DNA of 63,106 bases, counting the filler, from Aduncisulcus paluster (taxonomy: Eukaryota), in the NCBI GenBank assembly GCA_024181965.1. It is 12 parts of 12 records of this genome, joined end to end, with 100 filler letters (N's around TTAATTAATTAA, not from the genome) between each part and the next. Parts side by side here need not be neighbours in the genome. Positions count along the whole stretch, not along the records: positions 57,456 to 60,251 come from BQXS01011455.1; positions 60,352 to 63,106 come from BQXS01011456.1; 10 more parts are not named here. One strand, given 5' to 3'. Under the pieces are notes generated by a model. It saw only the letters and a list, made by a program, of their open reading frames with translations, ran no database searches and was not told the DNA's origin. Position 1 is the first letter of the stretch. Each line of letters begins with the position of its first letter. A program made the translations under genes and the position numbers. Positions 57,456 to 63,106 of this stretch are shown piece by piece.

Positions 57456-60251
57456 GACAGATGGAATTGTAACTGATGTCGAGTGTGGCCAAGTCACCAT
57501 TCAGATGATATAAAGGAGAGATGTCAACAAGGGAATTGTGTGCAACATTCAACTCATCGAGAGCAAGATGCACAATGGATAAGAGATCGGAATCTACAAG
57601 ACCCAGGGAGGCAAGGCCTAAGGAGGAAATGGAAGAGAAACTCTCAAGAATGGATGGGTCAAACAATGAAGTCGTTTCTACAATATCATCATACAACGAC
57701 ACACCATTCATTATCAGCTCCGTCAACGAAACATTGGTAGAGTCGGCAGCAACAAGAAGAGCACTAATATCAATAATGGATGTTTCGGCGAGATTGAGAG
57801 AGCTCAAGGATGTGTACGTATCAGCACACTCGGAAGTGTCGGGAAGAGCAGACACAGAAGTGACAGAAGAGAGGGCCAGGGTGGAGAGTGAGTGAAGGGA
57901 GCAGATGAACGATAGATCAGAAAAACCTTCAATGACATTCCCATCAGCATCCTCAGGAGCACCATACATGTTATGGGCAAGGGAAAGGGACTCAAGACCA
58001 TGCAGAGAGCCCAATGGATCAGCACTCACAAAGTTGTGATATGGTAACGAAATGGATGTAAGAGAGCGGATATGTTCAATTCCATCAAGCAGGGCGAATC
58101 TATCAGAGTTGGAGAGAGAAAAACCATCGTTGGACAAAGTAGATGCAGAAAGGGTTCTCAAGGAAGCAACACTGAATAGGGAAGGTGTAGAATCTGTTCG
58201 ATGGTCATAATTAGGAGTCTCATCAGAATCCACAAACATATCAGCAACATATGCATGTAAGTTCTCATCAATTATGACAAGATAACATGAAGAGGTGGAT
58301 TGAGTTAATTCATCATATCGACATTCATATCCATACTCACACCCACCAGAACATCCATATGTTACACCATCTGCGTTGAGTGGAGCTAGACACTCGAAGG
58401 TATCCACAGATGTGTATGATGCAATGCTATGGCTGGAACACACATAATGCCATGAACCAGACCCAGGCAGAGTCTCACTGCACACAATATTATCAGTTAT
58501 CGGGGTATCGGAGTATCCAATTTCAGTGATATCAGAGAAACATTCACAGTTTTGTGTTCCCAATTCAATACTCACAGATGATTGTGTGAATTTGGCAATA
58601 AAATCTGCAATTGAATTTGTTCCAAGACATATTTTGTTGTTTTTAATTGATACATTAATGAGATTGGGGAAATCATACAATGGAGATAGATCTGAAATGG
58701 AACAGCTTCTTAAGCTAAGGTTGATCAAAGAAAATAATCCCATCTTTGACAATGGAACAAGAGAAGTAATATCATGATTTAAGTTGAAGTTAAGATCAGT
58801 CAAAGTAGAAGAACTTTTTGAAAGATCTGGAATATTTTGCAAATTACAATTGCGCAAATACAACGACTCCAAATTCGTCATTTCGGAAATTACAGTATTA
58901 AATCCATCATAAATGGGATAATTGGCGAACTGGAAGCCGGTAATTATCGCCAATTGGTCTTCTGACAACGATTCAATCGAGGTAATCAAATTATCCTCAC
59001 CTCCAAATTGTAAATATTCAAGAGATGACAAGTAATTATAACCAACATTCTTATCAAAACCAGCTTGAGCGGTAGGAGTACGAACTATTCTCAATTCTTT
59101 AATTGTAGAAGGAAGAACATACCGATCTGAAGGAAGAGTTAAGGGCATATTTTGGAGGAACAATGTTTCAAGGGAAGAAAGACCTGTGAAATCAGGCAAA
59201 TCAAACGGGTCCACCATATCAACAAGAGTGCTGTCAGACAGGAAGAGATAATTGAGATTAGAAAGTGTTGATAGGGGTTCAAGATCTTTCGTTTCAGAGA
59301 TATAAAGATGATAAAATTGCATTTTTGTAATGAATCCAACATGTTCAATGCCAGAAAAACTACTCACTAAATCTTCAAGATAATTAGTATTGATTTCTGG
59401 GCTGACATTTCCATCTTCATCTTCTGCAGATATGAGAGTCTTCAAGGAAGCAACACTGAATGTTTGATCTGTTGTATCACAATGTAAGTCGGATCCTCCA
59501 AATAGACTATAGATAACATCGTGTAGGATATCATCAACTATTACTTGCTGACACGATGTTGAAGTTGAGGTTGAGTCATATCTGCACTCTTGCCCATACT
59601 CACACCCTCCAGAACATCCAAATGTACCATCATCATTACCTGGGGAAATGCATGAAAAGTCCTCAGCAGATGTGTATGACGTGTATGAATCACTGGCACA
59701 CACAACATACCATGCAGTAGACCCAGGCTTGGTCTCACTACAGACAATATTGTCAGTGATCGGAGTGCATGAGGAATCAGAGGTATATGCGATCGAAGAA
59801 CAACCAGTAGAGTCGCACGTTTGATCGGTTGCAAGATCAGAACCAAGATCAAGGATGAACCCAGCCTCTCCATAATTGTGGAACTTACTACCAAGATCTT
59901 CGGTGGACTCAGAACCCATGCAGATATTATTGCCAACAACAGAGATGGTCATTAAGTTAGGTAAGGAATACATTGGGGAAAGGTCTGAAATGGAACAGTC
60001 ATTGCAGTTGAAAGTTAGAAGTTGAGATAATCCTTGTGCAGCCAGAGGATATACTGATGGAATTTCACCATTATTTGAGAGAATAAAAGAGGTTAATGAA
60101 TCCTTTGAGGAAGAAAGATCAGGGATGGAAGTCAGACCGATATTTTTCAGAATAACAGTTTCTAAGTTGCTCATTGAATCCAATTTTGACTGAAGATCAA
60201 CAATATCAAAAGACGAAGAAGTATCTCCGATTCCAAGAGTTGTGAGTGATG
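57456..60251 (-). CDS. LRR plus Cys-module surface-type protein fragment (repeating LRR block/Cys cap); both ends truncated
   Basis: LRRs alternate with two DNIVCSET.PGS..W..VC.S.S..SYTS...F.C...GCSGGCEYG.ECRYD modules. Confidence 0.85.
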
Positions 60252-60353
60252 NNNNNNNNNNNNNNNNNNNNNNNNNNNNNNNNNNNNNNNNNNNNTTAAT
60301 TAATTAANNNNNNNNNNNNNNNNNNNNNNNNNNNNNNNNNNNNNNNNNNNNAC

Positions 60354-63106
60354 GTCACGTTCCCCGGGTTCTTTTCGAGTCTTGCCCTGTCCGATGGGTC
60401 AGCCCTCCCCGCGCTGACGACGTTGGATCTGAGTGGCACGAGCGTGTATGACTTGTCTCCTGTGCCAGCGACAGTGACGTCATTGAATGTGATGGAGCGT
60501 TTAATTGATGACTTAGATATGGATATAGATGAAGATATTACTATGTACTTGTCTCTTCATCCCCGTGATCTGAGTTCAATTCCATCCACTATAACAGAGC
60601 TTACTATTGGATATACTGTTATTTCAGATTTGGACTTCATCGATAACCTCCCAACCCTTGTTAGTCTGGATCTGATGTACTGCTATATCTACGATCTTTC
60701 CAAACTATCCCAAGTGAAGGATACTCTTGAACATTTCAGTGCGTCCTATAGTGAGATCTACTGCAGTTTGGATGTGTTGGCTGAGTTGACAAATCTGAAA
60801 TATTTGGAAATTTCTGAATCTCGCGCTTATAAATCTCTCTTTCCTGATTTATCTTCTCTTTCTTCTCTTACCCATCTTGACCTTCATGAGTTTAATGGAG
60901 ACCGTGAATGGGATATTTCATGGCTTGAACTCATAGCCAATCTCAAGTATTTGGATATTGAAAACGCTGATATAAAATCTTTTAGGCAGTCTTTTCTTCC
61001 CAATATAGCAAATATGGAGTTCATTAATGTGCGTGGAATTGTGTCCAATGATTATTTTAATGATGCTATAAGTTTGAAATCTTTAGCAATTAGCCTGACA
61101 TATTGTGAGGACTTACCTGACTTCACAAATCTTCCAAATCTCACTCAGTTAACACTAAGCTGCAAATGGATTGATGAGTCTGATCTTCAAAACATTGCAA
61201 CATCACTGAGACTGGAAAGTTTGACATTGTATACTACTTCTCATACCTATGGAGGCATTTCTAATATCTCCTATCTTTCCTCTCTTTCATTTCTCAAGAT
61301 CCTAAATTTGGATGGTGTTTATTACCTATCTAATCTTACATTGCCTTCTTTCCCTTCTCTTGAGTATTTGAGTTACCCTTCATCAGGGGTTACAACTATT
61401 CCCGATCTTTCCACAGTACCCAAGTTGCGTGTGTTTTCCTGGGATGATTCTTCTATTTCAGGCTTCTCCAACCTATCCACTGCTCCTGCACTCCAATCAA
61501 TTGTTTTCTCTGATTGTAGTTTATCTGATGCCACACAATTTTCATCTGTTCTATCCTCTATGATAAGTTTGACAGATGTTACCATAAAAGTATCTAACAC
61601 CCCCTCTTCCACATTCGATCTGGGTTCAGTTACGAGTCTAAAATATCTAAATATAGATGGAGCTTGGAATGACATGTCTGACGCCATTCTTCCTCCAAAT
61701 GTAAGAGAGTGTATTATGTATCGTCATCTAGATGGTGGTAGTATCACCACGGCTCCAGACTTGTCATCCTTGACCAGTCTTCAGGTTCTTGATCTTGGAG
61801 GCAATTCTATATCAGATATTTCATTCCTTTCAGCCGAATCCTGTCCTTCATGCTCTTCTCTGAAGGAATTATATCTTGATGGTAACTCTATTGAGGACAT
61901 CTCTCCTCTCAGTGGGATGACATCTCTTGAGTGGTTAGATTTGAGTAGCAATTCTATATCTGATATCTCTACTATATCTTATCTTCAGCATTTGAAGTAT
62001 TTGGATGCTTCTAGCAATGATCTCAGTAATGTTGACTTAACTCCCCTTTCCTCTCTTTCTTCCTTAAACTCTCTGTTGCTTTCAGGAACTGCAATTACAG
62101 ATATTTCTTCCATTTCCACCCTTGTATCATTAAAATATTTGGAAATATCTGGAAATGGTATCAGTGATGTTTCTCCTCTCTCTTCCCTTGAGTCTTTGCG
62201 GATCTTATTGTGTTCCAACAACAATATATCTGATAGCTCTTTCCTCTCCTCTTTGCCCAATATCTCATATTTGGACATTAGTTCCAATAGTATTTCAACC
62301 ATACCAGCAGGATCATGGCTCTCGCAGATCCAAAAGATGATACTTTCATCCAATTCACTCTCTGATATCTCCTTTTTCGAATTCATGCCAAATGTATCTT
62401 ATGTTTCACTCGATGAGAATAATGTAAGTGATATCGCTCCACTTTCCTCTTCCACATATTTATGGAGAATAGACTTATCTGAAAACAGTATCAGTGACAT
62501 TTCTCCTCTCTTTGATCTTTCTAATCTGTATTATCTTGGCATGAGTTCAAATAATCTCTGCTTTGGAAACGAAGATGAAGATGATTTGATTGAATTGTTT
62601 GAGTCCGATAACATTTCTATTAATTCCTCTAGTCAAATCTGCAACTGCCCTTCTCTAGACCCTGACTCTGACAGCACGATTGCAGCCATCTCTGAGGGTT
62701 TCGTGTGCTCTGAGACTGCTCCTTCCTCCAACACCTGGAATGTGACCTGCATGAGCGACTCATATTACACGTACTCTGATTCGGACACATTCACATGCAC
62801 ACGTTCTGCCGACTGTTCTGGTGGGTGTGAGTATGGCTCCGAATGCCGTGTGAACTCCGATGGCACTCATGGGTGTTCTAGTGTTGTGCCTGATGTGGGC
62901 TTGCATGGCTGTGTGTCCGACCTGATCGATGCTGCTGACAAGGTTTCTGTTGGCGATGGGACGTATGAGTTTGGAGTTTCCTCCTTGAAGAGCATCCCTG
63001 CATCCTCGTCTCTGACATGTTCATCGAGCAGTGTCTCCTCTCTTGTTGGTCTGGAGCATGTTGGTACTCTGTCGACTGTTGACCTCAGCTCGAATAATAT
63101 TGTTGA
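60354..63106 (+). CDS. LRR plus Cys-module protein fragment (~917 aa open frame, missing from the ORF track because it runs off both ends)
   Basis: The frame VTFPGFFSSLALSDGSALPALTTLDLSGTSV... carries LxxLxLxxNxISDISxL repeats, then NNLC...VCSETAPSSNTWNVTC...CSGGCEYGSECR...VVPDVGLHGCV...GLEHV. Confidence 0.85.

Noticed and set aside
61373-62386. Antisense ORFs listed in the track over the last contig (and many others genome-wide)
   Set aside because: Shadows of the real opposite-strand or other-frame genes; here the true CDS is the + strand LRR frame.

Overview
This window is not one locus. It is 12 short contigs/scaffolds joined by artificial 100-nt linkers (44 N + TTAATTAATTAA + 44 N), so adjacency across linkers is meaningless. 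The DNA is from a gene-dense, intron-poor, standard-code flagellated eukaryote. Poly-Ser (TCT/TCC) tracts, expanded LRR and kinase families, a Cet1-type capping triphosphatase and GTATGT introns suggest a free-living fornicate metamonad such as Aduncisulcus (inference, not a database result). Recognisable genes: SGT2/SGTA, MNS1, an intron-hidden PRCC-like gene, LCMT1/PPM1, a PMS2/MutL C-terminal endonuclease domain, a MIT-domain protein, Cet1 RNA triphosphatase, a ~3,100-aa beta-propeller/coiled-coil protein, PAP2 phosphatase, PHO80-type cyclin, thioredoxin, three kinases, DCAF12, an EGF-repeat membrane protein, an ankyrin-DHHC palmitoyltransferase, a TBC1D20-like RabGAP, three internalin-like LRR/Cys-module protein fragments and one tRNA. 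One contig is a transposon graveyard. Most notable: (1) an LRR gene built as a shuffled mosaic of near-identical 66-bp cassettes; (2) a eukaryote-type tRNA-Ile with a GAT rather than AAT anticodon; (3) a PMS2 endonuclease domain apparently encoded without its ATPase half; (4) a two-copy, possibly structured element lying just 3' of stop codons; (5) recurrent, often chained perfect palindromes with 0-1 nt spacers in mostly non-coding DNA. Several duplications and frameshifts look like assembly artefacts.
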